Notes under the pieces: generated by a model
Databases searched by the model: none
The model's input: only the letters and a program-made list of their open reading frames with translations
What the model was told of the DNA's origin: nothing
Assembly: GCA_040437565.1 (NCBI GenBank)
Contig: JBDOQK010000057.1
Coordinates: 186,001 to 229,052, forward strand
Length of the DNA stretch: 43,052 nt
Direction: 5' to 3'
Source: Albugo candida
Taxonomy: Eukaryota
Translations under genes and position numbers: made by a program
Shown here: one piece after another, positions 1 to 12,974 of the stretch
Layout: the number at the start of each line of letters is the position of its first letter
Numbering within the stretch: position 1 is the stretch's first letter

Positions 1-2755
1 TATTCGACACTCGGGTACCTTTCAAATCCAAAGTCGATTTGCACTAGTCTTATTATAACTTGTGCGCTTCATCTACACCGAGTTGCTGTGCGCTTCACAA
101 GGACCAAATTGCTACTAAATTGCCATCGTCTAAATACAATCAGGTGTAATGAAGAAGTCTTCCGTGCTACTCGCATGTCTTCGATTAATCATCCAAATAC
201 GCAGGAAGTCTCCTACAGGAACATCGTTGATATTCTACTGATAATAATATGTTGTACCGAGACAGAGTGAAAGTATTCAGGAGATAATGGATAATTTGAT
301 ATAACAATCTGTAGGTGGAAGCATTCGATGAAGTATTCTTGTAGCGAAGTACATATGCATTAATTGATTAGACTGTAGCCGTACAAAGAATTTGTTGGAA
401 GCTGTGTATTTACTTTGTGGTTCTGTTCTTTACCGCCGAAGAAAAGAAGATTGAAGCGCACGTACATACCTAAGTTTGTTACAATTCCTCGATTTCACAG
501 AAAATAAAGCTACTCGGTTAGTTAGAAGTGCGAATTCGATGCGTCAATGTAAACGTCACATTTCTGCATACTCAGTTTGATGCGAACTTGACTAGCGCAA
601 GCTGTAGTATGGAGCGTAAAAGTAAGTTACGTCGTAAGAAATGTGTTGACGTTGGTTACATGCTGAAAATACTCAGTTTAGAGAGCATTTTGTACACTGA
701 GCTACTTTCGTACAATCAACAAGAAGATGAGTTGAATCCACCAAATAGTAATCACTTATCTACTAGGCGTATACGGTGATGGACGGAAAACAGGGTAGTA
801 AATCAACAGGCTGATCCAATGAGTGTTTTGAAAGCACTATCACAGTATCTAAATACAGAAACATGATACTGCACTAGCCTGTGACAGTATGAAGGTGGTC
901 ATGCCAAGATATGAGAGCACAGTTAGCATCCTGAAAGCACATGTAGAAAAACCTGTCTTTGTATTTTGATAATCTGGCAGTGTTAAGCAACAGAAACCTC
1001 AAACATTTGCATCTGCACATGAAGAGATGCAATACTGGTATTGTTTAGGGTGTATTGGTGACGACCGAAGCTCGCTTTTGTGGGTCTTAAAAATGCAGCG
1101 CCAACCATCCACGCCGATGATAACATTTCGCCGGTTTGTACTGCCAAAACGCATCGCTTCTTGTCATTCTCCCCATAAAGAAATTGGTAGTTGTAACGCC
1201 TCCTTGGAAAGAAAATTGAAACGTCGGAAGCTTAAGGCTGAGAACAAAATCACAATCATCAAAATCAGCTTGATGATGTTTTCTTTTTTCCTCTGCAAAA
1301 GCCCGGACAAGGATTTTATATGCCCAATCTGGAATAGTGCTGTGATATTGTGCAAAATTAAAGAAAACGCATTCTAGATGAAATTCTTTGCCTTCTAATT
1401 TGACGTATTTCGGAATGCCAAGGTCAGCTCTAATCTCGTCACCATGAAGAACATGAAATACCTTCTTATTGAGAGTCGTCCTACCTGTCCGTTTCATAGT
1501 TTACAATGTTGGCTTGTGATCCCGATAATTTCCATTTGAGCATGAAAGAGCAAGCTCTATGCTTGCGCATGTAAGTACTGAGCACATTGAACAATAGCAA
1601 TACAAATTGGTATTTCGTTTTCAATTTCTTTACTACCCTTCCACCCACCGTCAGCTGGTTTAATTTCGTCTATATCTTTCTGGTTCAATTCAAGAAAAGT
1701 CCCGCCTACACCTTCTTCTGTCGATGTAGTCCTCTGTGGTATCTTGGTTGATAGGAGAAATCTGGGATCATGAGATTTAGGACGAAAACAGGTATCTCGA
1801 GCGAATTCAGAAACCGGAGTCCCATAAAATGAAAATCTGGACTATCGTAACCCACATTGTGCCAGCTGGTAACTCGGAAAATGATATATAAAGCTGTCAG
1901 CTTCATTCAACCATACAATCCAAAGGTGGGAAAGATGATTCGGTTGACCGCGTTTTGAAGAAAAAAAGTGGAGATTTGTAAAATTAATCATCAAATCAAA
2001 TTGGAATCAGAACTACGTACAATTGACATTGGACAATGATAAAGCAGCAAATGTGTAGAATTGTGGTGTTGTTTAACCGATTATCCACGTAAACGTAAAC
2101 GCGCGCAATGAAAAAGCTGTCGTATACCACAAAGACTTGATTTTTGCGAAGAATTGTTATGTACTGGTATTTAGGTTCGCGCCAAAGAATAAGAAACTGC
2201 TTGGGAAATTGTTGCTAGAAGAAGAGTGGACAGCAAAAATGGATCAAGGCGTTCTACAAGCTCGGATAAATGATACTATTGAAAAGGAAGCATAGACACT
2301 TGCTTACTTCATCAAACGGGCTCAGATGGAAGCAACCCAGCATTGTAATAACCTTCAAAAGTCTTTCTAAATAGAATTCCAATCCTAATCTTGTCAAAGG
2401 TTATAGTAAAAAACGTTTTTCCTGAACTGACTTGATGGTCCGTATCCATTTCTTGACAACGTCATTCGGTAGGTTGCTACATATGCACATCCCCGCATTC
2501 TTTATGCCGGTTTGATGCGGCAGGTCGTTGTTTCAGTCTTAATGATACTCCGATTTCTTTGTGTCGATATAAAATTAAATTCCTAAATTGCAACAAACTT
2601 CTCCTTGCAAAAATTAGAATTTATAACTGCCATATTTGAAGTACTTGGCTGCACATTCAGCCCATACCAACATAGCTTTCCATGCGTATGGAAATAATAA
2701 TCGCATATAGTTGCCACCGCTGATCTAGATCCACTTTAAATTTACTAAGAGATTG

Positions 2756-2985
2756 CGTTGGAAAGTAACGACTCCACATTGTGATCCGTCGGACGTTTTG
2801 GCATCATGATCCAAGGATCCAAACAGTGGTCTCGTATACTTTCCGCTATGTACTATCCGGACGCGGCGGTTTCGTAACCAACAAAGACCGTGGGAAGAGA
2901 AACTACCACTCATGATTAATATAATTGATTCTTTTTTTGCTCCGTTCAGTAAAGCGAATTGCCATTCTCTGCGGTGTTTACGACA
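2756..2985 (+). repeat. 5' LTR of Copia-A
   Basis: CGTTGGAAAGTAACG...GTGTTTACGACA; aligns without gaps to 7260-7489 (about 50 mismatches in 230 by manual count). Confidence 0.93.
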
Positions 2986-2998
2986 GGTTATGAGCCCA
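2986..2998 (+). promoter_or_regulatory. Primer-binding site complementary to the anticodon arm of initiator tRNA-Met
   Basis: GGTTATGAGCCCA directly after the LTR terminal CA; resembles the copia/Ty5-type GGTTATGGGCCCA PBS. Confidence 0.88.
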
Positions 2999-3399
2999 AC
3001 GCTTATGGAACAAGTTGTTCAAGATCAGGCCTAAGCGTCAGCCGTGACTCACACTAATATAGATGGAGCCAGTCCGGTTTCAAATGCGAATGAGAACATG
3101 GAAAGGCTTCTAGATACGGTCACTGAACTAAAAGGCGACATTGGAGCTCACCTCACCAGGCTTTCGAGCTTATGCGGAGACGCGCGCGGGAGTTGGCCGG
3201 ACTATGACGATATCCTCGCTTGAAGACGATTTCATACGGAGTCCAGCGCGACATCTGCAGCAGTAGAGGAGCATCAGCGATTGCGTGAGGAAGGAGGCAG
3301 AAAAGTAGCCCAATGCAGCTACCACCGGGTCCGTCGTAAAAGCCAGTGCTAGAACCGTCGTACTAAGCACCGCAATAAACCCTTCAGATAACGGACCTG

Positions 3400-6300
3400 A
3401 AGCTTGACTTCGAAACCTTTGACGGCAAAGAGGTGTACTCGGGCCTTGAGCCAGGTTTTGGACCGTGGGGAAAACGGTTTCTGCAGCAGGTCAACATCGC
3501 TGGAGACCTTAGTGGGTGCATGGGGACTGAAGAAATAAAGATGGATATCCCAGGTCGACATCTATCCGGTAAAACTGAAAAACATTCTGACAGCCAGGTG
3601 GACATCTGGTACGAGGAGAGCCCCGAGGTTTGGTACTCAATGGACCGACTGGACACCAAGTTTGGCCGCGAATTTAGAAGTCACACGCGTTCAAGCTCTT
3701 CACGTCGAAGAAAAGTGGACTGCATCGTGCAATTATTACATGCTGTATCTGCTGGCTTTGAGTGATGCTGTAAGTGGTGCTCACGATGTAGTTCTCGAAC
3801 ATATTGCCAAGTTTTCCAGCTCTCTGACTGACTCTAAGGGCGTGTTATTGGCACGACTAAATCATCAGCGTGGAGAGTACTTACGATATGCAGAAGAACT
3901 AGTCCGTTTTGCGCAGCTAAATGATCCAAGCATTCTCCTGAGAGGCAAGCCGACGTGACCGCTGTTAAGAGCACTAAAGATGAACGACTTGAAAAAATGT
4001 GAAGAGCGCCAAAGGAGAAAACCAGGTGCCTGCTTCAAGTGCGGAAAAGAAGTTCATTACAAACGCGACTGCAAGCAATAAGTCAAAAAGGATTTTGCGC
4101 TGGCAGTTGCAGACATGTCGACACCACATGCCAATGGATTTTGGACATTGATCGAGTCATCACCTGGTGGCGACATTATCACAACCTTACAGTTCAAAAC
4201 CATGCGGTCAAGAATGCCTGCTTCCAAATAGACATTCTGAAAATGAAGCTCAAAGGAAACGCCTATTTTGTAGTACGCGGCGATGGCGATCTTTATCGCA
4301 TCAAGCTTATCGACGTCTACTACTCAGCAGATCGTATGGATGAATCGAATAAAAGGTTATGACCTTCGTTATAATGGACGCACGCGCTTGATGATCTGAC
4401 GCAGCTACGGATTCAAGATCTTCTATGCTGGCTAGGACAGCAATTACGTATTGTTGCCACGTGCTATGACCGAGGATGTAGTTGGCCTTGGTGCCAGGAA
4501 AGCTGAAGACTGCATATTTGCAGCTCTCGCTGAAGCTGTCAATTCAACAATCTCCGATACACAAGCGAGGAGTCTACTTGATTTTTGCTTGTGATTTGCG
4601 CATCTAGCTTATGACACCAATGAGAGGATGGAAAACGACGCAGAGATGCGGCATAATTATCACGAATAGATACAGGTCAGCGTGCACAACATGCGCGCAT
4701 AAACAGTCGACCAAAGACACTAGAATTAATGCTCCTATTGACCGATAGGTGGCGTTATCTGTAGCGATATCGAGGATTCAATCAATCAAACCGACAGGTG
4801 TGGAGACACGTACCTTATTAATTTCAGGGATAACAAAAGCAACTACTGCCGTGTGTTTCTGGTAGAAACGAAGGACAAGGCGACCAAGTCATTCGAGAAC
4901 TTTCTTGTATACTTTGAGATGCGCTTTACCTGTAGGATTCCCTGGCTGCGCACCGATGATGGAGGCGAGTTCAGGGTCGTCAACCCGTTTTGTGAAAAAC
5001 CCGGAGTGCGACGTAAGGTATCGGAAGCGGGGAATCAAGCGTTGAACGGGAAGGCAGAGCGTCTGCATGAAGCACTTATGAACACGGTGCGCTCCACGAT
5101 TTTGGATCGGGGATGCCGTTGAGTTCTTAAGTTGACGATGCAGAATATGCGTCTTACATTCTCAACCGTAGCGCGACGCAATGAAATGAAAACTGTGCTT
5201 CGCCGATCGAACTTTTTATGGTTTCCAGCCCAAAGCTGACGGATACTGTTTTTTTGGGTCCCTGTGCACCGCGATCTGGAATTCGAAACACAAGACCTTC
5301 GATCGACGTGGGGAGGAAGGACTTAATATTGGCAAGAGTGACCAAAAAAAGGTACAAAGCGTTGTTAACCAAGGATCGCGTGGTTTGAACACCGCAACAT
5401 GTCATAAATATTAAGCCCCTCAGCGATGATGCAAACACGCAACTTGTTCGTCAAATAAATTAAAACAACGCGAAAGAAGCTAACAACAAGAAGACAGCTG
5501 GTCTCATTGATATGAGCGTCAAATCAGCATCTGAGATGGACGGTCTATGTGACAGACGGACAAAAACAACCAAAGATGTTGCCCATCGGAAAGGGCTGCT
5601 AGTGTTAACGAGAAACTTCAAGAAGCGCGGCAAGCGAGGCGCAAGCAGAAGTATTCTAAACAAAGCTTCATTCAATCAGCCAGCAATGAACATGAGGACG
5701 CGATATATTAAACAAAGATCCCGCCACGCGAGATTATAAGTGCTTTTATTTATGTGTGGATCCAAAAAATTGGAAAGAAGCCATCAATAGTGACAAGTTT
5801 GTGGAGTGGGAACGTCGAGCGCTACAAAGCGCGCATGGTGGCGGGCGGGAATGAACAGTCGTTTGGTAAAAACTATATACTAACATTCGCCGCGTCATGA
5901 ACATGACGGCTGGGAAGGTTATCTTTGCACTATCCAAGATATGAGGTGTACCGGAGCGTCATGGGGACTTGCCTAATGTGTATGTCAAGGCCTCTGCTGA
6001 ACCGGATCTGTACATTTACCTATACAATCCGCAAAGAATGAATGTGAGTGAGAAGGAGCTACAGCGTCGTGATGCTCAGCCCAAAACCCAAGTGGTCCTT
6101 CGCCTCCAGCGCAGCATTTATGGATTAAAACAAGCTGGAAGACTGGGGGAAACTTCAACATTCAGAGCTATTTTGTGTCGGAGTAGTACAATGTGTCACA
6201 GACTCGTGCCTCGAATACAAAAGAGATCGCGATGGAAATACTGTCGTCGGAGTATATGTTGACAATTTCCTGGTTCCTGGGACATCGAAGGTTCGAGTGG

Positions 6301-7192
6301 ATGATGTATTTGAACAATTGGTAACACTCCAACGCAAAAGCCTCGGCGTCATGAGCAACTTCCTAGGGATGCGACTTGCAGTTGACCAAGAACAAATAAT
6401 AGATGAGCTACTATCGAAGTTCGGCCTATAAGATGCACTCCACTTTATGGCCCCATAGGGTAGACCATGATACTGACATGTGGGAAGCCGACAAAATCCT
6501 GCCCACTGATGGGCTTGTCGGATAGGCATCACTGCAGCACTTTCAGTCAATCGTGGGATCACTGTTATGGTTGGCGCGATGCACACGACCGGACATTGCG
6601 TATGAACCGATCTACGCGTCGAGACCACGCTCCTATGGTAAGCGAATGGCAACTGAGAAAGGAACTGGAAGGTATTTCAACGGGCGTCAAGTTTGAGCTT
6701 CGACAGAAACTAGCTCATCAAATCACTACTGTGAAACGTTTAAGCGCAAGCGATACGGACTTTGTAGGAGACAAGATTAGCCGCAAGTCGGTAAGCGGAG
6801 CGATCTTTCGTGCGAGTGACATGATAGTGGGCTGGACGTGCCAAAAGCAAGCATCAGTATCGCTATCGACTATGGTAGAGGAGTTCACGTCGGCTTCCCA
6901 TGCCGGTCGAGAGCTCCTGGGAATACGCGAGCTAATTGTTTAACTGGGGATAAACGTGCAATTACCTATACAGATGGAGATATACAATCAAGCTTCTTTT
7001 CGACAGATGGAAAACGAAGGAAGTTTGACGCACGCCAAGCACATAGACATTAAGTTCAAGTTTATCAAATGCAGAGCTAAAAGGGGTAGGTAAAGCCCTG
7101 TTCTGTGCACACCGAAGAAATGGCTGCTGATTTGCTTACGATAGCATTCAGCGCTGTTTGACTACAACAATTGGAAGTACAATGTTCGCTAA
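3400..7192 (+). pseudogene. Copia-A gag-pol pseudogene (boundaries approximate)
   Basis: Domain motifs spread over several frames (ORFs 3433-3765, 3662-3958, 4853-5122, 5969-6262, 6467-6943). Confidence 0.92.
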
Positions 7193-7249
7193 TGCGCGAA
7201 ACTAGGAACAATCAGGACATGAATTGCGGTAACAAATACACGGCGACGT

Positions 7250-7259
7250 GAGGAAGGAG
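7250..7259 (+). other. Polypurine tract of Copia-A
   Basis: GAGGAAGGAG immediately 5' of the TG that starts the 3' LTR. Confidence 0.88.
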
Positions 7260-7489
7260 TGTTCGAAAGTAACGACTCCACATTGCGATCCGTTGTAAGA
7301 TTTGGTACCACGATCGAAGGTTCTAAGAAGTGGACTAGTATACCTTCCACTATGGACTGTCCCGACGCAGTGGTTTCGTAACCAACAAAGGACGTAAGAA
7401 GAGAGAGTAGCATTATTGAATAATATACTTACGTCTCTTTTTGCCTCCTTCAGTTAAGGGACTTACCAAGCCCTGCGGTGTTTACGACA
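7260..7489 (+). repeat. 3' LTR of Copia-A
   Basis: TGTTCGAAAGTAACG...GTGTTTACGACA, with TG..CA termini. Confidence 0.94.
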
Positions 7490-8617
7490 AATAGCATGTG
7501 CGCATGTCATCGCTCTCTATTATATAGGTAATAATGTCTATCATTACAGCTCGGATCTTTTCGCAAACACATGGTTTCGTTAGGACATGCCACCTTTATG
7601 CTTTTTTAGAATTTCATGAGAAATTCAGAATTTCACCTTACCGTTATTAGACATAAAAGGGACTTGCTGCATTCAACGTCAACTCATCGCTTTCTACATT
7701 TATAAATAAGCCTTTGTAGAATGTCAACGTGCATCCCAGTTCGCCTTCAATCTCTACAAGATTGGATCCTGCTCATATAGTGTACGATTACCTACTCATC
7801 TCTGGCTTTCCTACGCCGTTTCCCTTTTATCAAGATGTTTACGTCATCACCTGCAAATGACACTCATAAAACTCTCTTTCTACTTTTCAGCTTTACCCTC
7901 TCCTGTATTTTACCATCCACATGATTCATCAGCACTTTCAGGTTCTTACTTGACTTTTCAGCCGCGTTCTTCAAAATAGTTTGCTTCTGCTGATCGACCT
8001 GCAAGACTTGGATAAAACCCACAGACAGAAGCCCAACAATTCTGTATACAAGATTACAATAATCCAAATGTGACAAAAACGACCGACTCGATCAATCTAC
8101 TGTGCATGATCGATTTTTTAGCCTTTTAAAATTGTTTGTTTTCTTTCTTTACATACTGACTCGCATGGCTTTCCTTACGTTTAAAATGAGACTTGCATGT
8201 CGTGGTCTCCAGATTAGACTACTCAAGGCGTTTGATCAGGGGGCTAAAGGAATCCGGAAATACTACTCAGTCATATGTAGCAAACAATATTTTTATTGTT
8301 TTTCTCAGGTCCTTACTTCACTGTACTAGTTAGTCTAAGCCACATGGAAGGGGTTCGCATATAGCCATTGGTGTATTGTTTAATACATATAATCTAGGCT
8401 GATGTGTAAGACCCATCTACGTGTACTGTTCTGTCCATCATACAATGATGGATACATACGTTACATATCTGAATGGTTTCCATTCAACCGCATATATTCA
8501 GGACAGGTAGACGTTTCCCAGTGACTCAACTATCTTAGTGAGTCTTCCCAAGAGCCCTACTTTTGATCATGTGCCTTGATGATGTAAGACCGTTCAGGAT
8601 AAGAAGATTTCCTCAAC

Positions 8618-8923
8618 TGTTGAATAATTTTTTTAGTTGAAGGTGTCTATATCACTAATACTAGACCAATTGAATTCGCTTCGCTTCGATTGAAGGATAG
8701 GCTGTCTTCAACACCATATATATATATAACGTTTCGTGAAAGGCCTGTGCGAAATGAAGATTTTGCTGTTGTTCCATATTGGTTGAACAGCGTGGAATAA
8801 ATGACAAACTATTAAACTTTACGGCCGCAAGAATTCATACCATCATTATCCTGGAATAACAAGAGGATCTTCATCCATTCCAAGGGTCCATCTTATTTGA
8901 CATGAGCAGTCGCGTCTTTAATA
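8618..8923 (-). repeat. Probable 3' LTR of Copia-B (about 133 bp), interrupted by a retroposon
   Basis: Follows a decayed purine tract (ATGAAGGA). Starts TATTAAAG (decayed TGTTGAAG?). After removing 8628-8794 plus one TSD it ends TTATTCAACA. No second LTR is available to confirm. Confidence 0.55.
8628..8794 (-). mobile_element. Short retroposon (5'-truncated LINE 3' end or LINE-tailed SINE) with A7 tail and 6-bp TSD
   Basis: Ends TAGTGATATAGACACCTTCAACT-AAAAAAA and shares CACAGG..TTTCACGAAACGTT with the LINE 3' UTRs at 13820-13932 and 35858-35970. Flanked by GAATAA at 8622-8627 and 8795-8800. Confidence 0.8.
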
Positions 8924-11900
8924 AATCCTTCATGAGGTGGCACACACCAGCGAGACTTGATTGTGAAGCTCATTTAGCCGTGGTGCGGCGAACGTCTTGG
9001 TGAGATTGCAAGCTCGTATGAACGCAGCTCACCGACTTACAATAGTCCACCTTGATCAATTTCTTCTGAATGAAACCCTAAAAAATGCGAGGCACACCGC
9101 GATACGCATAGCTCCCTGAACTATTTTATCGCAGCTTGTGTGTCCACGTGCATCACAGTTTGTTTGATCACGCTCATTCCGAACCCTTCTAGCAATTCCT
9201 TCAGACCTAACAAATCTTTTGCCACCATCGAAACTGCCACGGACTCGGCCTCAATCGTGCATAGAGCACGCTCACTTGTTTACGGCACATCCATTCGGCA
9301 ATCATTGCATTATGGTAGATAACACCTCCGCTAAACGATTTACGGTCCGTACGATTGGCTGAGTAATCTGTGTCACTATAGCTTTCCTGCATAATCGTTG
9401 GCAGTTCATCCTCCCTGTTGAATAGTAACTTTAGCTCAATTGTAACCTTCAGACTTCGAACGTTTCGCTTCGTCCACCGCCAGTAACATTCTCATGGTGT
9501 GTGCGCACGTCCGCTTGACCGATGCACAGCGAACGCAACGTACGGTCCGTACGACGGTCCAGGCACAACATACTTCATCTTATAGAATGGAATAACTTGA
9601 CAGTGGGGTACTCAGCCGTGTTGACACCACCACTTGGTGATAACTCACCCTGATCCTCATCATCTTCTTCCTCGCCAGTAGGTTTACGCGCCAGTTAGTC
9701 TGCTCTGAATGGAGTTTATTCAGAATTTTGCGAATACTTTGCGGTTGTTCAACATGATAACCGTTCTTGTTGTCTTGCGTTATTCCGATGTCCAGAAACA
9801 TGCTCACTTCTCCGAGATCTTTTCCCTCAAGCACAAAAATGTCCTTGATAATTTGACGCACATACTTGACGCTTATTACGGTAACCAACAAGTCGTCCAA
9901 GCAGACGCCCACTAGAGTGGTCACCGACTCGCCACCTTTCTTGTGCAAACAACTGTTCGTATGACACTGGATATATCCGTTCTCGAGTAGCACAGCATGT
10001 CGCAATTGTGCTCACAAGTCTCGTTTTGTTCAAGACCATAAAGATTCTAGCGAAGTCTCCTTGAACTTGTTGTTAGTGCCCATTCTTCTAATTCATCCAC
10101 ATCAAAATTCATACCCTGTCCCAGTAGATGACATTTTCAAGATCTTCTTCTTTCTAGACTTCTACGTAGGGGTTTGGGACATCATCGTGTCGATCGGATA
10201 CTCTCCATACTCTTACAAGAGATAGGGCAACTATTGCACTCCTCATGTCCATCACAGCGCTAAATGGTAAAGTCTATTCCACTCTTTATGCTTGCTCGTT
10301 AGCGCAGGCCACAAGTCTCGCCTTGAATCTTTCAAGAGTTTTATTCGCGTGCGTCTTGATCTCGAAAACTTACCTGAAATACAATACCTTCTTACCCCAG
10401 ACGGGCGAGTTATCATCTCATGTACATTTTGCCTTCAAATCAATTTACAAGCGCATCGCATCACTTCTCTGTCTCCGCAGACTGTGTTTCTTCTCGATAA
10501 AATGCCGGATCTCCAGCCACATACACTATCGCTACCGGAACGCGATTCGAGCCATTGTTACAAGTATTCATAGACCTTCCAAGTTTCTTTTGACTCTTTC
10601 TCCCGCGGTTCCCGCGCCGTGCCACCTTTCGTATGATCGCGTGTAGCACCACTATTAGAGCGACATCCTCTGTAATCTTGATGGTTTTAAAAGCTGAATC
10701 TTCTTCATTTATATACTCCTGTTAATTTTGATTGTCGTCAACTCCCAACATTCTGCACGTGTTGCATTGTCAGCATAACATTCTCGTGGAGAAGGTACAC
10801 TTTGAACCCCATAGTCTCATCGTGCTTTACCGGAATCCACCCAACCTTAGCTCGCGACTTCCATGCTATTGCTCCCGGATCGTGATACACTGTGCATGGA
10901 CTTTCAAAAACCCCAATATCGGAAATGCTGGTTTTCTTACCCGTCTGTATCTGAAGCTGAGATGCTCGATATGGAGTGAAGCAGCTCGTGCTGCGATTTT
11001 ACATATACGCGGCGTACTACAGTGCCTCACACCAGAAATGTAACAGGAAGCCACTTGCGAACAACATGAATTGGGCCATATTTGGCACAAAACTATACAT
11101 GCATTTAACCTTTCCGTTTGGCGCTTGGGTATGGCTACACTTACTTGTCCTATTACTCCAGTCCACTTGCAGAATATTTCGACATTGCGATATTCACCTC
11201 CGCCATCCGTCCTTGAAATGTAGACCTTGCAACTAAAGCGTACTCGAAAAAAGTCAGAAACGGCTCAAAAATCTGCTCAGCAAGGTCCTTGTCCGCGCAA
11301 CGAGCTTCTAGAGTAGCTGGATCTGTGATCAACAAAGTTGACCATGTTCCGTTTTCCGGTTCGGTCAAGAGGCGTCATTAGACCGTTCAGTTCACGGCAG
11401 ATTACTGCCTCGACCAATTCGTGAAAGTGCGACAGAGTCATTCTTGGACTGCGAATTCTTCGACTCCTTTCCTTGATAACATATAAGGAATTTTCGTTGA
11501 GTTCGGTCGACTAGCTCAATTTCCGATATTGCACTGTTGGCCCCCGTATTCGCCCTTGTCGTACTGTAAATAAGATGGCAAAGGCAATTGTATTACTGCA
11601 GCGACGTACATTTCACTAACCCATGATGTCGACTCAAGTTAGAAGCCTGTAAAGTGCATCCACAAATTTGTTCTTATTGGATGATGTTCCTTCATTCCGA
11701 GCGTTCACCAGCAGCACGTTGTATTATTTTTCGGCTTCAAAGACACGTGCTCCGTCGCTGATACGCGTCAGGTACCGTAGTCCGTCTTCGTTTATCAGAG
11801 CAACTTGCTTCTCTTCAAACTTGCAGTATAAGGGCAAGGTATGCGTAAGGTCTTTAGCATAACAAATTTCTCTCAAAGTGATCACATGCATGGTTCCATC

Positions 11901-12974
11901 CACGACATAACTCAGCGTAACTCGAACACCCTTCTTGACCGCAATGTACTGTCCATCTGCGACGCTGCACTCGTCGGCAGCCCTCCGCATCGGCAAGAAT
12001 GGTGTCGTTCACCACCAGGTGTACTGGTGCCAATTTTAAAGTTCAGTTCTGATTTTGAACACCTGGAATATCGCTGACACCCAATGCTAACCACGCTTGA
12101 TTTCTGCTAACCCTCTTTTCGAACATTCTCGCTGTTTATGGCCAACTTGGTTGCAACACATTATCCCTTCCCATCTCAATGCGCCAATGCCTTCGTCGCA
12201 GTGTCCAAACTGCGGAAAGGCTTACGGCCTTCAGGAAACTGTTTACCTACACTAAACGAATTTGCTTGTACCATGTTAGAATGTCGCGGTAAAGTCTGAC
12301 ATCTCCCATGTCTGCTTGAGATGATGATTACGGCGGGACGATACTCGTTTAGAAGGCTTGCTTCAATTCTGGAGCTTCCACTTCACAAATTTACTGAAGA
12401 ACAAAGCTGTCTGGAAGATTCGCCAAACTTGCAACCGCAATCAGGAATTGATAGTGTTCCGTCCAGGATAGATCATTTTGTTTCCTCGCCCTCATCAACG
12501 TTCTGGCTAGCTCAACAGCAGTTTCTCCTCTGTAAGCCTCCAACATCTTGTTCATCAGATGTTCAGCCGCTGGTAATTCTAATGTCCAGATCCCTTTCAT
12601 CTTGTTGAAGTCTTCCGTTTCAATTCCATTCAGATATCGATCAAATGTCCTGAACTCGAACTCTTCAGGACTTCCGTCTCAATCAAGCTGTTGGGCTGGA
12701 CCAAGTTCATCCAGGAACTGCAATCCCCAGATTTGAATCCAGCTTCAAGTCCTCTGTACTCTTGATTTCCAGTAAAACGCTCGCTCGGTAGCTCATATCA
12801 TACCCCTGACGGTGGTATCTTGATCTCAAAGTTCTGTTGGGACAGCAAGCTTGTCGCGGCCGCAAATTAACTTACGCCATAGGCTTCACAGTCGGGAAGA
12901 ACTATTGTTGCTGCACTCGTGGTTGCGTGAAGCAAATGGCTCCTGCATTCTCATCGCTTAACTGAGCGGGCCCA

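Larger units (their letters stand above)
2756..7489 (+). mobile_element. Ty1/copia LTR retrotransposon, full-length architecture, degenerate (Copia-A)
   Basis: Two 230-bp LTRs, PBS after the 5' LTR, PPT before the 3' LTR. Internal order: gag Zn-knuckle (CFKCGKEVHYKRDC, 4031-4072), protease (WILD, ~4135), integrase (LRTDDGGEF...NGKAERLH, ORF 4853-5122), RT (LQRSIYGLKQAGR; GVYVDN), RNase H (SDTDFVGDKISRKSVSG; KHIDIKFKF). Many stops and frameshifts. Flanks GATTG/AATAG may be a decayed 5-bp TSD. Confidence 0.96.
8618..12974 (-). mobile_element. Ty1/copia LTR retrotransposon, degenerate, 5' LTR missing (Copia-B)
   Basis: Minus strand: partial PBS TGGGCCC at ~12968-12974, gag (FTGNQEYRGLEAGF, similar to Copia-A FDGKEVYSGLEPGF), Zn-knuckle remnant (CCNQVGHKQREC, ~12125-12160), protease-region ORF 11724-11996, integrase remnants ~10900-11400, RT (RFKARLVAC; LVGVCLDDLLV), RNase H (YSDTDYSANRTDRKSFSGG). 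Confidence 0.92.

Noticed and set aside
9341..9554. 14-mer TACGGTCCGTACGA repeated 200 bp apart
   Set aside because: Both copies lie in copia coding motifs and the similarity does not extend.
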